Source of the DNA: Nymphaea colorata
Taxonomy: Eukaryota
Reading direction: 5' to 3'
DNA length: 64,000 nt
Assembly: GCF_008831285.2 (NCBI RefSeq)
Contig: NC_045138.2
Coordinates: 4,960,001 to 5,024,000 of the forward strand
Translations under genes and position numbers: made by a program
Notes under the pieces: generated by a model
Databases searched by the model: none
What the model was told of the DNA's origin: nothing
What the model saw: the letters and a program-made list of their open reading frames with translations, nothing else
Shown here: one piece after another, positions 14,803 through 28,444 of the stretch
Layout: every line of letters begins with the position of its first letter
Numbering within the stretch: the first letter of the stretch is position 1

Positions 14803-14993
14803 CAAGGGCAGAGCTAAAAAATTTTTGTCACGTGTGCTAAATTATAGTTTCAAATTTTAACATGAGTCAAAATAAAAATTTTCAAATTTTTTATATATAT
14901 TAAACTAAAGTTTTTTAAATTTACATATAAATTTTTAAAGCTTTTTTAAATCTAAGCTAAGCCCCTGCCAGCCTCCCCTTCCTTCCAGCCCTG
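14803..14993. mobile_element. Short hAT-type MITE (GGCGGAGCC-end family)
   Basis: Ends caagggcagagc...cagccctg; TSD attgggat/attggaat; shares its AT-rich core with 12897-13077. Confidence 0.7.
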
Positions 14994-15267
14994 ATTGGAA
15001 TAGACATCTACGGCTATCTGAATATACATTGTGTATATGAGTGTGTGCATGCCTACGTGTGTATATAACTGTGCATGGGAATTAGAGAGACGGGGGAGAG
15101 AGATTATTCTTCAGAACACTTAAAAGGGGGGCAATGCCTTCAAGAAGAACCAATATTATTCTGGTACTTCAATACAACATGATTTTACTTGAGACCTTTT
15201 TTTTTAGTTTCCAACAAATGAGGAGAAATCCTTGAGCATTAAAAATATATGACCTCATATTCAAAAT

Positions 15268-15651
15268 TAGGGATGTTATCATGTCGGATTCCAACTGGAT
15301 ATACTATTAATTATATCTGCTTTCAGATATTCATATACTTGGATTCGAATTTGCATTCGAATACGAATGAAGAAAAGTCATTTCAATCCGAATTAGAAAT
15401 CTAATTTTACATTTTGAATCTCATTTTTACATTCATATCTAAATCTGAATTTTGAACGAAACCCGACCGATTTTCAAGAGGTAAGAGCATTGGATATATA
15501 ATATTTATTTAAAACTAAATCTGATTTGAATTCATCTCCAATCGGATGTTCATGCACATTTGAATTTGAATCTGATCCAATTTCTCCATCGAATACTAAC
15601 TTTTTTTTTTTTATATCTGATTTTTCCAAATCAGATATATTGACATCTCTA
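15268..15651. mobile_element. hAT-type MITE with Ac-like terminus
   Basis: Ends tagggatgt...acatctcta; perfect 8-bp TSD TTCAAAAT; subterminal TCCGA/TCGGA repeats. Confidence 0.88.
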
Positions 15652-16492
15652 TTCAAAATTATGGCAAAAAGAATGAACCAATGTATGCCCATTTGCCCTT
15701 CCATTATTAAGTACTCATGTGTAAAAGGTTGGCTTATAAGGTGCAGGGAAACTTCCCATGAACAGTGCACAACTAAATCCCGAGTCATTCCGTAAGTCAC
15801 ATGGAAAAAATTTGTTATATATATTTCGGGATGCTTGGATCTAAAAAAAGTGTTGGAGGTAAGACGGTAGGAATCGATCATCTAATTGGTTCAAGTTTTT
15901 GTTGGTTCTTCCTTTGTTGAGCGGATCGACAAGTCTGCACCAAAGGGTGGAGGGTATTTTTGAAATTTTTTTATAAACGATGGGTATTATAGGCTTTTAA
16001 CTTTTTTTACAATACTTTTTTATTCTTTTAAAAAGTTTCTTTTTGTTATTTTAATGAAAGTGCACATGCTGCATATAATTTTTTCATGCACATAACCTGC
16101 TTCTTTTGTTGAGTTGATTGAACCGAACCCTATTTTGTGGGATTATGATTTAGACTCAAATTTGAATCACACTTTTCCAAACAGGATTAAACCATAATTT
16201 TTGAATCTCAATCTAAATTTGTCTAATACAAATAAGGTTAACATTTATGACTATATAATCATATTGGGTCTTTAGGGAGCGTTTGATAGCCTCACATATG
16301 AGATCCTAAATGATTTGAGATCATTAAGAAACTCAAATGTACGGATTTTATTAAAATTTTCATGAATTTGTCATTTTCATTTCATAACAAGCAAAATAAT
16401 TAAATATTTCATAACTAGGCATTTAAAATATTGTTGTTGTAACAATATATTGCATACTAAAACATAACCATCAATGTTATAGCGGTTTAAAC

Positions 16493-16862
16493 TATTGTCA
16501 CAAAAAACGCCGTTTTAAAAAAAAAACGTGTATTTAACGCCAAAAACAGTTCTGTCGTATAATACCCGTACTATTCTCGTTTTTTAAAAAAAAAAAGTCA
16601 AAAAACAAAAAACGCGTATAATACCCGTTTAATACTCATATTATACGTTATTTTCTCGTTTTTTTGCCGTTATTTTCCCGTTTTTTGTCCTTTTTTTATT
16701 AATTATTATTTTTTATAATTTTTAAGATGTATTAAATGTTTAATTTTTAAAAAAAAAATTGCCAAACTTTTTCCGTTTTATTCCCGATATATAAAACTTT
16801 GTCGTATTATACCCGTTTTTTTCCTCGCCGTTTAATACTCGTCCCCGTTTTTTGTGACAAAA
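16493..16862. mobile_element. hAT-type MITE
   Basis: TIR tattgtcacaaaaaacg/cgttttttgtgacaaaa; TSD gtttaaac/ctttaaac; subterminal CCGT repeats. Confidence 0.8.
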
Positions 16863-19572
16863 CTTTAAACAAACCAACACGCATGCTTTAAAGAAATTAT
16901 ACTAAAATCTGCTCATCGAAAAACAAAACACTATTTAGTATGAAGATTCTTCAGGTACATCTTTGAGTGTTTTTTCGCGATCCAACCCACCTAAGCAAAT
17001 AGATAATAGATAAAAATTAGCATTCTTCTTGAAGGATCTTAACCTACTTCTCTTACAGGACTAGCAGCCTCACTAATCATAACCAATCAAACATACTGTC
17101 CAAACAAGAACAACACATGCACGATTCCCTTTTCATCATCAATTTAACCTTAATTAGGACCCAAAAAGAACCCATACAGCTGCAGCCTACTGTAGAATAA
17201 CACGGAACTGGAATTTTTCTCTTTTCCCAACATTATTCACTTAATACTTCATTCTCAACCATCCATAACCGGATTTAGAGAAACAGCATTCAAAACTCAA
17301 CCGTATATCCCCTTCAGCACTCTATAGACATGAAATATCATTCTTATCATAAATCACATGCTAAGATTGACAAGAATCAGATTCCTCTATCTTAAATTAA
17401 TGGGCAGACATTCGAACTTCGAATCTAAAAAGAAATTTTACATCCACTTGAACCAAAAACTGAAATTCGGATGACCTTACCTTCCTTACGGTTCTTCTCT
17501 TCCTCTATTTCTCAATCTCTTGTATGCCCTCCTTTCTTCCTCGTCTCTTCTCTCATTCTCCCTCTGTCCCTCTTCACCTCTCCTGCTTTTGCTCTTCACC
17601 TCTCCTGCTTTTGCTCTCTTGTTCTCTCCCTTTCTCGTCCTCTCAAACTCTCACTCCCTCTGTTTACATTCGAAAGAAGAGAGGAGACACACCCATCTTG
17701 AAAGACCAATTTCCGAAAGCACACTTTGATTTATAAATTTTCTAAATAACCTCTTTTTTGAAAAAAGAAAAAAAGAAAAACTTACGGGCCCCTTTATGAA
17801 CCGAGGGGGTCGCTAGTAATCACTAGTCAGCCATATATGGTGGTGAATTCGTTCTCAAGGCTTGTACACACTGCGCCCATCACACTATGGAGCTGGCTTG
17901 TACATTTGGCAAACGGAAGGCATGAATGATTTTGTAGCTTTACTATAAGAAACAATTGAGCGACATCTTTTGCATGCATGTTGCATCCAAAAGGTGGAAA
18001 TTTCCACTGTGCCGTAGATCGCCGGCAGGATGTCTCATTGCTACTGCTGTAGCGCCATTGATATAGATATGGTGAGTGACCTAATGGCAATGCAACGTCC
18101 ACCGGTATAGTCTGAGCAACTCTGCACCAATGGCGGAGCCACATATAGGCAGTTGTGGGCAGTTGTGGCCATACATTGATGACAGCAAGCCCCATAAAAG
18201 TTCTCCATTTTCATAATGATTTATTCAGGTTTTTGTTTATTTATATAATATTAGTAGTATTGCCCCTGAAGATATGACTGTTCCTTAATTAATGCTCATC
18301 CTAAATTTTCTGGCTCCACCACAGCCCCGCTCCAAAGGCCCAGTTACAGATCTGTAATCAACTCAACCCAGAGAATCCAATTCTCGTATGTTGTTCTCAA
18401 CAGCTGAAGGTACAACAATAGAGAGAGAGAGAGAGAGAGATCAGTAAAAGGACAAATAAAGACAAAGGAAATATTGATGGGCTGCTCTAACTCGTGCATC
18501 TATTTCTATTTCTGTGTGTGTATGTGTATTTATCTAAGTCACATGAGTACCGATACAATTGAATACAAGCATGGGTACGAACATAGTAACTTTAAAAAAT
18601 GTAGGTACAAAGATACTGCAGGATATATATATATGTGTACATAGGCAAAGTAGCACAAAAAAAAAATCAAAATGAAAACAACTTTCAAATAAACAAGTGA
18701 TATAAATAAAAACATTACATGTTAGTGAACAATAACTCTATAAAACAGAATAAAAACTGAGTTACAAAAAAATAAATCAAGTAAAATTAAGTAGTTTGAA
18801 TTAGCTTCAAGTTAAAGGTACCCAACTGTCTCCAAGTACCTACTTTAAGTACAGGTACAGCGACATGATACATGGACCTTATTGAAGTAAAGTACGGCGA
18901 CATGGTACATAGACCTTATTGGAGTACCCACTGACGGTGCTTGTGTGTATGCTTGGTGCCATTTAGAATATATAGATACACAAAAATACATAAATATATG
19001 ATCTTTTAATGGGCTTATGCTAACGACTTCTTGTTGGCTAGCTGACCAAGTCGGCTGATCACTGGTCCCCAATGGCCCAGCAGCTCTAACTGGTGCCCAG
19101 CCGGATGGACTAGTCCTGTTTAAAAATTAAGGCATCTATCTCAACTTAAACGAGAATTTGACTTGATTTTGTGCATGACAGTAGAAATGCCTTCCGACCC
19201 ATTGCAAGGAGAATATGGTCGACATGTGAAAATCCACAAAGATGAAGCCATTCTTTGTAATTAGGAGCAAAAAATTGGGTGATAAAGATTTTTTCCTTGA
19301 CCTCATAGAAAGGCAGAACAAGATGGAACCAGTAAGCCGATTGTGAACTTTTAGCTCATGAACAAAATATTCAATTATACAACCATGTGAATAGAATAGA
19401 GGTGCATATTGTAGGTTACACACACACACACAACAAAAAAAAGGCACTTGGTCTTGAAATCACCAAAAGTCATTACTGGGATATTTCATTGCTACTTCTA
19501 TAGCGCCATTTATTGGAGGAAGCAACATGAACACATGTAGATTGCAAGAGAGTAGCTTGGAGCTGCAAAGGA

Positions 19573-22500
19573 TTAGTTCCCAAGCAAAGATGTCAGAAAT
19601 GCCAAAACAGCAACCACGATCATAATGTTGAGGAAGTAATTTGATTTTAGAGGTTTATCTGGGCTGCCACCAACTGCTTCGTACTCTGCTCGGATTTTCT
19701 GCTTCATTGCTTCTGAGAGCTCTCTCTGCAGTCAAAGATGTAACAACCAACATTTATTTATCGTTTCCTTGGGCCCTAATACCATGAGTTTGAAGCTGAG
19801 CTTTATTCTGTGTTTCAAAACCTTCCTCCCGTTATTAAAAAAGACACCAGTAGAAAATAGGATTCTTTGTTTACTTTAAGCCTGCAAATCAATGAACAAT
19901 CTATTATGCACGTTCATTTTTCAAAAAGCTGGGATAAACTTAAAGAGCTCTAGCATGTTAACCTTTCCAGATGAATATTTTTCTGCCACAAATTTCTCAG
20001 CAACAGGACTTTCTTGATCTATTGAGAAACCCTACAGCACAAGAAAAGAAAAACATCTTTTGGGTCAGAAACCACTGAAATGATACATCAACTAGAATAG
20101 GAAGTTATAGATCAGTTTTCTATTGACTTGGCAAGGATAAGGGAACATGGTTGATGTGCTTTCTGCTTAATCCAAAACTGTAAATGTGATTTCTACAGTT
20201 TACCTAGCAAATAACATGTGATGAGTTAGGCTTCCTTATGATCAGATATGTTGAACCACGACATTTATTATCCAACAGTATTGCAAACAAGAGATCGAGA
20301 AATTACCAAAATATAGAAAGAGCTGGAATTATCACTATTCTAATAGGTTTCTCTCCATATAAACGTTTTCTACATTGTTCAACATATGTTTATCTATTTT
20401 CATTTATTTAACGCTTTGAATATTTTACTGCATGTCCCTTTGTATTATTGCAAGAACAATACCATGGAACCTGCTCTTGATAAATCATAACTTCTTTTAT
20501 TGTTTCCTACTTTTTTAGACTTGAAAAGTTTTTAGGCTTCCATTTTCCCAAGTAGGACATTCCAGAGAGTGCAGAGAAATCTTCTCAATAATAACATTGA
20601 AGATTCTATGTGTGTTTGAACTTTGGGTATACAACTAAGTTGAACCATAATAAGTTCTACATCGGCTGATCTAGAGAGGAGGAGAAATTGATAGACCTCT
20701 GGCGGATCAAATTTTGCTCCCAGGTTGCTAAGTTTTGTATGAGCTTCAGCATAGTCCTCGAAAAATGCATCCTGATCTACAGCATATTTTTCTGCATATC
20801 CCTGTAATGGACCACAGTGGAGGAAGCGGACAATTCACTTGCCATGAACATAAGAACAAAGTTCAAGAATGAAAAATTGAAACAGACATCAGCATTTAGC
20901 AGACCTTGAATCCTGGTTCCTCAAACAAAACAGCATCTGTTGGTAAAACCAGCAAATCTTCATCCCTTTTCTCCTTTATATCCTAAATGTTTCGCATGCA
21001 AAGTAAGTAGCTTCCGAGACAGAGGGAAAGCCAAAGATTGAAAGGCCAGAAATTGCCTCCTCACTTTAAAGTAAAAATTATCAAACTTCAACCATTCCAC
21101 AGTCCAGGATTGTCCTCCAGGTGCCCCAGGTCCATCTTTCTGCCAAAAGAAAAAAAAAATTATAGAGGAAATCAAAGCATGGCTAGAAAGCAAAAATGGA
21201 GAGAGCTAGAAGTCAAAGCCACCCTTGTCAAGTGATGTGAGACTGAAAGGTAGCAAAACGTCCTACCCTATGCAGCCAGAAGGAGCATGCTACCACATAT
21301 AAGAAGAATCAGGGCACATATTTCTCATTCTAGCCAATCCAGAAGGTTGTAGTTGAAAAAAAAAATGAAGCTCTGATAAACATTGTCACTGTCACTTGTG
21401 GAACAAGATCATCTTGAAAGACTTGCAAGAAAATCTATAACTCTGATTCCATAAAATGGCTGCTGCAATTGCAAATTCCATCCTTGCAAACTATCCTTTG
21501 AGTCGGTAATGACTAAATATTCATGGGTATTTGGTCCATTAAATATTCTATGTCAACAAACCCATAACCTAGGATTGTATATAATTATGTATTTCATTAA
21601 GCAGTTTTTGCAGAATTATATGCAAAAAAAATCAAGAGTACATCAAATGCAAACTGGGGTGAAATTACTAAAATTGAAGCAACAAGTGCATTTCAAATTG
21701 CCGGGAGAAATTATGAACACTTTCTGGTGGTAAAAAACCTACTAACAGAGCATTTTGGTGGTAAAAAGCCTACTAACAGAGCACTTAACTGCTTAACAAC
21801 TTCAAAACTCTGTTCGCCCTTTCCTCGCTAGAACTTCTCCATATGTAAGCAGAATATATTCCTATTCAGACCAAACTTTTTTTTTTGTTTATGGAAAGAT
21901 CATTTCTCTGAACAGAAAAATACTTTTGTCCATTTTAAGAAATTCCTTTTAATATTTAGAAATTTGAGAGTTTTAGCGCATACACACAGTCTGATTTAAT
22001 TGGCAGATCAATTTAAAATTTTCATGAAAGACCAGAAATGATGGATCCAAAACCGTGAATCCATGATGCCTTATATCAGCTAAACATGGTGGCTTTATTT
22101 GCGGGCCAACTAGGAATAGATCCTAGTCGATGAACTCAGAAAGTCTCAAGTCAATCTATGAGTCAAATGGAATCAGCATGTTTGAAGTCAACCTTCGAGT
22201 AATGACTGTTGCATTGACTCTTTCAAACTTTGTCTCCTTCTTGAATTATCTACTTGCCTAGCTAGTTTTCATGAAACGCCAGATGGAAGAGGGTAGAAAA
22301 TCCTTTCTGAAGTTAAAAATAACAGCTACTAAATCTTTGGAGTGGTGGAGTAGCAGACTTAGCAGAAGAGAAAACTCCAAGGAGAACTCAGAAACAGGAA
22401 ATTATTTTATATATTATGTTATAAATGAAAGGCCTGTGCACTGTTAGACAGCCAGGTAATTTGAACTGCTAATGTGATATTTCTAAAGGATAACATGATA

Positions 22501-24249
22501 AAAGATCATCAACGGAAATTATAAATATAATCTGCATTGCGAGGAAAGGATGCATCTACCCACAGTATACTTGGTTTCTGTCTTTCCCCATCCACTTCGC
22601 TCTGGCCTGGATCTTCCCAATGTATGGGCACCAGATAGTGCCACGATTTCCTGCAGAAAAGGTGAACGCTATTTATAATCAGCAGGTAAAACATAACAAA
22701 AAGCAGGTTATGCACTTCCCAATTTGCAGAGATAAAGTACCTTATCATCGAGTCCCATCCGGTAGAAAACTTCACGTAGATGGTTTGCTGGTGAAGGAGG
22801 ACCAGCATCTGGAAGTAAAAATCGTAGTATAAGCGTTCGGGTCCAGATGAAATCCTTTTCTTTTTTACGAAAGGGGAGTTAGGTGTGGGAGAAGGACCAA
22901 AACATGTAAGGATGACAAGCAGTCGTCACAGTACAAATGACAAGAAGCAATTGGCTAGTAACTTTCCATTATGGCTCCAACTCTGCTGACGCCCGACCAA
23001 CTAATCATGGGTTTTCAAGAATCCTTAGCATCTTTGTTCTGTGCATGGTGAAATTTGAAATTCGTCATAAATGAATAAAATGACAAAGGTGATTTGGTTC
23101 ATTTTGCAGAAACACGGACCACATAAGATGTATTATACAAAATGATGCATCACATTGATTTGTGTCAGGAAAACAGAGATTTCTGAACAGGCCCATGGTA
23201 TCTAACATCGACCAAAAACCAAATCTTGAGAGAATTTGCAACTCAGACAAGGTAACATAAGCAAAACTGGAAACCAGTTAGGAGCTAACCTGGAAGCCTT
23301 CCCTCCTCCGGACACTGCTCAGGACCTGTAACATCTACTCTCCCATACTTCATTGGGATTTTGGGACCTCCAGCCTCCTAATAAATTGGACAGAAGAAGG
23401 TCAAAATCTATGCTGGTGAAAAGGCGGAACGAAATAATAAGACATTCCAGAGAACCTCAATTGCTGTGGCACTGGCCAGTTGAAACAAGTCCGCATATGT
23501 AACACTAGAATATTTGTCCTTGATTGGTTGAAGCAGCTTCAATGCATTAACCAGGCCTAGAAGTGTGAACTCGTGAGATTAGTGAGGATATTGTCAACTG
23601 GAAACCAGCCATCGTGTATGACAGGGGAGATCATTACCTGCATTGGCTCCATGCTTCAGCTCTATCTCAAATCTCAAACTTCCATTAGCGCCACCACATT
23701 GTGGCCACTCCTGAATGTTCTTGTTATAGGTACCTGCATCGTGCCATCCCAATCGTACCTACATTTTTGTCCACAGACATTCAATTTCGAACATGTCAAT
23801 CTCTAAAGTCAGTATCTGAAACCAAAAAAGAAGGTTTCCAAATGTTAGAAATAGAAATAACCATCCTCACGTGCACCTTAAAAATTTAACATGCTATAAG
23901 CAAAAAACGAATATTCAAGTCTTATCCTCAGAAGTGGCGAAAACATATTACTGAAGCAAAATTGCCAAAGGAAAAGGAGACATTGGGGTAGGGATGAAAA
24001 GGGAAAGATTGGCTGAGAGATACCAGAATTGGATGGCAGAACGTGGTCTTCAAGAGTTCCTTGATGTCCTCCCTGGCCTTCCTTAACTGTTCAGGATCCG
24101 ATGCGGCGGATCTAACAGACACGGTGCTGCTGGGTTTTGCGAAGTAAAGCGCCCTTTTCCTTCCACGCTTCAATCGTGAACAAGAAACCAAGTAAGAACA
24201 ACACATGCAAAGACAATCGCCACAGTGTAAAGCACAACAAATTTCTTTT

Positions 24250-24297
<48 letters not shown>

Positions 24298-25122
24298 ACC
24301 AAAGGCCTGTCTGGATATTCGAGAAGCAACGGAATCCATCCAATTCGACCAACTCGTTTTTGGCTATATGGAAAAGATTCAACCTGCTTCCGGGAAGTGG
24401 CATTTGGGAGAAACGGGCAGAAAATTACTTGGAGGTTATTCAGAAGAATCTGGTACCAAAGCAATTGGTGGAGTTCTCTCGTCCCAAGTGTTTCCACGAG
24501 GTTTACGAAAGACGGTCCTCAAAAGGACTTTGACCTTTCAGCTTTCGCCATGCTGCCAACTAAAGAATCCAAAGCAAGAATTTGGAACAAATTGGCATCC
24601 GTACACGTATTCCCTTCCTAATTACACGACTCCACCAATTCCCTTCTACCAAACAACCCAATATCAGAATCCAACGCCTTGATCTCCCAAAGCCACATCC
24701 AGAACAGGATGCTGAATTCGCATTCGGCCTCGATGAAACCTAGCGGCACTTAAAACACTAATTCCACTGGATTCTACTAAATTTTCAATCCGCTTTCCAG
24801 TTGCAAAACAATAATTGGCTTAGTCAAGTCCCATTCTACTGAACTCCCATTTCAAGCATTCTTTCAGACTAAAGACAAAGAAAAAAGGACGATGACGAGG
24901 AAGGAAACGTACCGACAAGAGAAAGGAAGAAGGCGAAGAACCAGAGGAGAGGGAGATGGAGGCAGGCATAGAGAGAGGAAAGGCTCTGAGCGTAGGAAGG
25001 GCCGAAGAAGTGGAGGAAGAGGAACAGGAAGAAGGTAGGACGATGGAACTCTTGGTGATGGTGGTGGTGGCGGTTGGGAGGAGGCGTCCGCCCAGGCAAG
25101 CCGCGGAGAGGCGCTCCGCCAT
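19573..25122 (-). CDS. APX: Chloroplast L-ascorbate peroxidase, thylakoid-bound isoform (tAPX), about 432 aa, 12 coding exons
   Basis: Exons read by hand, all GT-AG and phase-consistent: 25122-24913, 24167-24024, 23758-23638, 23556-23456, 23377-23290, 22808-22741, 22650-22564, 21139-21065, 20982-20905, 20801-20697, 20031-19963, 19725-19573. Ser-rich transit peptide; distal motif [17 protein letters not shown]; proximal motif [23 protein letters not shown]-terminal anchor [50 protein letters not shown]. Confidence 0.95.
19876..19881 (-). CDS. APX: Alternative terminal mini-exon (Ala-stop) giving the stromal APX isoform (about 383 aa, ...EKYSSGKA*)
   Basis: Minus strand reads ...cattgatttgcag|GCT TAA, in frame with the phase-0 donor after 19963. 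This is the same position as the one-residue-plus-stop exon known in spinach, tobacco and pumpkin chloroplast APX genes. Confidence 0.75.
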   Translation of the reverse strand, partial: A

Positions 25123-25292
25123 TGCTCTCTGATATTTCCTTTCTCTGTCACCCTTGTGTGGATTTTCTTTTTGCCTTTGTCGGCCTTTATTTAGTATCGC
25201 GAGGATTTGGCTGCTCTTTCAGTGCTCAGAGGAGCCGCGGCGACCGAGCTCTTTTAAACGTTCCCGGTAATCGGGCAACCCAATCTGCTCGC

Positions 25293-25328
25293 GCCACGTG
25301 GACTCCCACAACTTGGTCTCCACACGTC
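25293..25328. promoter_or_regulatory. G-box (gcCACGTGg, core 25295-25300) plus ABRE-like ACACGT upstream of APX
   Basis: Exact motifs 170-205 bp upstream of the APX ATG, typical of light- and ABA-responsive nuclear genes for plastid proteins. Confidence 0.55.
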
Positions 25329-28300
25329 TCAGCGTTCTTTGTGCATTAAAGTGCCGCTGATGCCAACACCGTATCGGACTGAAACGATACGATCAAGTTC
25401 TCCGATACGAATCAGCCTGACTCGGTGATTTTGAACATTTGTTCTTTTCAAAATTATTTTTGTGGTGTCATATATGTCAGTTTTTTGGTATATTATATGG
25501 GTGTCTAAGTCTGAGCATATTGTGTCACTAACACCCGAAGCAAGAGCCAAAACCCTCCCCCCCCCTGCGCCGCAACCCTTTTTCTTTTCCTTGTTTTCGA
25601 GGGTCTGAGCTTCTTGGTTTTGTCTTACAACTCATGTCATAACACCCACATGAATCAAACTGATGATAATTAGACTTTTATAAACATGCCAGCACGACCA
25701 AAAGTGCATGGTATATGAAACATGTCACTAACCTAAGCTACATAATAACCCTCTATTAATGAAAATTTATTGCTTTTGCTATGAAACCCTAATGATTTCT
25801 TGGCATCTCGTGTGGCAATTCACCATGAGAACTTTTGACAGTTAAGAATTTTCTAAAATTTTGATTGCATGCAAGTGAAACTTAGACATCCAAGCAATGG
25901 CCTTGGACTAAATTTTTTTGCTATGGAGTATCTTGTTTGGTTTTAGGTGCCAATTTGTTACGGTATCACTTAAGAAGAGCTAGAATTCTCACCTTATATG
26001 TCAATGTCTCTGTAATCAACATATAATGCATCAGCAGTGACTTTTTATAGCTCTGTTCAACTTGCTGGCCCTAAATGTGTTGGCAACCTATATTGTTAGA
26101 ATCGGTCATCAACCTACGAGGCTGTTTGGTAATGAGAACACTTTGTAATTATTCCATGTAGATTCATAGAACTCTTGTTTAAGTATTTTATGAATCTGTG
26201 TTCTAGGAGATAGAGACATGGAACAATTATAAAGTATTTTATTTGCGAAACACGTCCTAAAGATGCTTCCTAATGTGCATTGCTTGTCATATCTAATTAT
26301 TTTTTATGAAAGAGAGAAAGCGAGAGGGAGTTCCATATAAGAATTTGCATGTAGGAACAGCATGAGTTGAATAACATGCTTTTCTAAAGCAAACAGAAAC
26401 ATGACTACCTTAATGAAGTACATGAAAGAATAATAGCAATCCTCTTCAGTGTGAAAGAGAAAATGCTTCAAGAGATGCCATATCTTTCTCCATGTGAAAA
26501 GAATAAAACCATTTGAAATGCTTCTCCCTTTTTCAACTTTCTTTGGCCCCATGCACAACACTTTGTCTTCTGTCAGCCAAATGTTTGAAGAGAAAGGGAA
26601 ATGCAGACAAATTTGCATGTGAGTAGAGACAACATAAAGAGGACAGATCAGGGATGGGAGCTAAGGATTTTTCTTCTTTGTTTCTATAACGAAGGTGGCT
26701 GAGCAACTAAGCAGCCAAAGTTAACAAGGGCCAACCCACGCATGCGGCGGTGCGACCAACACGATTTTTTTTTTCAGCCGAGTATATGAAAAGGCGAAAG
26801 GGAAAAACAAAACAAAAAAGGCGGAGAGTCGGGTGCTCATTTATCAGCCAAGTAGGACCCTACCTGACTAGAGCTCGCAAGTTTATATATATATCATAAT
26901 TACAAATATTGTTTTTGGAGTTTTAAACGATGAAGTTTTTCTTGAGTATAATACAGCGAACTTGAATTCAAGATGAGAAAATATGTTAAATTTTTAAAAA
27001 TAAAAAAAACTAAGGAGAAAAATAAAATAAATAAAAAACTAATAACACAAACATCAAAAGATGAGTATATTTGCAACAAATAAAAAACAAAAAAACTGTT
27101 TGGCATTAAAAAGTAAAAAAAAACGCAAAAAAATGGCATTAAAAACTTGTTTTTCATTTTCAACGTTTAAAAAAAACGTTATTCTTTTAAGCTTGAAACG
27201 GAAATTTAATTTATCACATTCTTTTAAAAAAATGTGTTTTAACTATACCCGCTGGTCGAATAGCTGGCACAGGCCTGGCTTGATGCCCACCCTTAACAAC
27301 TGGTTGGACCGGAATCAGATTTCAAGTAATAAGAAATATGCCAAATGGAACTCATTTGCAACCCCAGTTTACACCTTAGGCTTGCAGCCTTGGCGTGCCA
27401 GTAGGGGCAGATATCAGGCTGAGTCACTGCAGCTCTATTTAACGGCCTGGAAGAGGCCCAGCCTGCCTGAGTTATCCACAGACAATAAGGTCATGACTCT
27501 TAACGGCGCAGTAGACTTGAAGGTCAAGAGCAAGTAATGGAATGAAAACCCTGAAACGAAGCAAGTCGTCGGTTAACCAGCAAAATGTGGATCTTATGCC
27601 TGATATCCACTGTTTAGCAACAAATTAGTTTTTTTGAAAAAAAATCAATCAGAAACATGCTTTCTTTACTTCCTTGGACTTCATTTTCGATAAGAACATC
27701 AAAATATTGCATTGGTACAATTTTTATGAAAAGAACTGAAAATAGAGAAGGGCATGCTTTCATTAATAGTTAAATATTATATATTTTTACATAACAATAA
27801 TTAGGAAACTATATATTTGAAAACCCAAAAAAAAAAGGACCTGGCCCGAGCTCTGTCTCTTGTGATCAAGGCGGGTAGAGTCTGGCTGCCGGATGGATAT
27901 TAACAATAAAATAGTCCAGTGTTCACTCTTTTGTATACAGTAACAATAAGATAGTCTACTTAAGCCATTTTCAAAGTCGCTACATAATAAAAATTGAATT
28001 TATAAGTGCGTTGTTAATGATAGTATAGCACCAAGAAAATGCAACCCATTCTAATTAACCTCAGTACTTGGCTCAAAATATAGGAACAAGTGTACCAATT
28101 ATATCAGATAACATCATATGTGAAATTTTAAGCAGAATCAAACGCTGCCAATGTTCACTACTAGTCCATCTTAAGGGTAAAGAAAAAAATATCAAGATTA
28201 TACTCTAAAATTGATTTATACAACTAAATTTCATTACATATTTTACAGTACAGACATATTATCAATAGTAAAGAATCAGGAACCAAAATTGTGTATATTA

Positions 28301-28444
28301 GCAATTCTGAGGAGGGAAGGGGAGGCAGCTGAACTCGCGGATGTGATTTCTGCATCTTCTTCTGCTATTGATGATTTGTTGCTACTTACATAAACATATA
28401 CAGGATATTTACAGCAGATTATAATTGGCATCGTCAAATTGTGC

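Noticed and set aside
24137..24682. Plus-strand ORFs of 138-181 aa antisense to APX intron 1
   Set aside because: They run through a (GA)n microsatellite and intron sequence, with no coding signature.
27061..27537. 158-aa ORF between APX and NADK2
   Set aside because: The N-terminal half is low-complexity AT-rich repeat sequence; no domain and no splice context.
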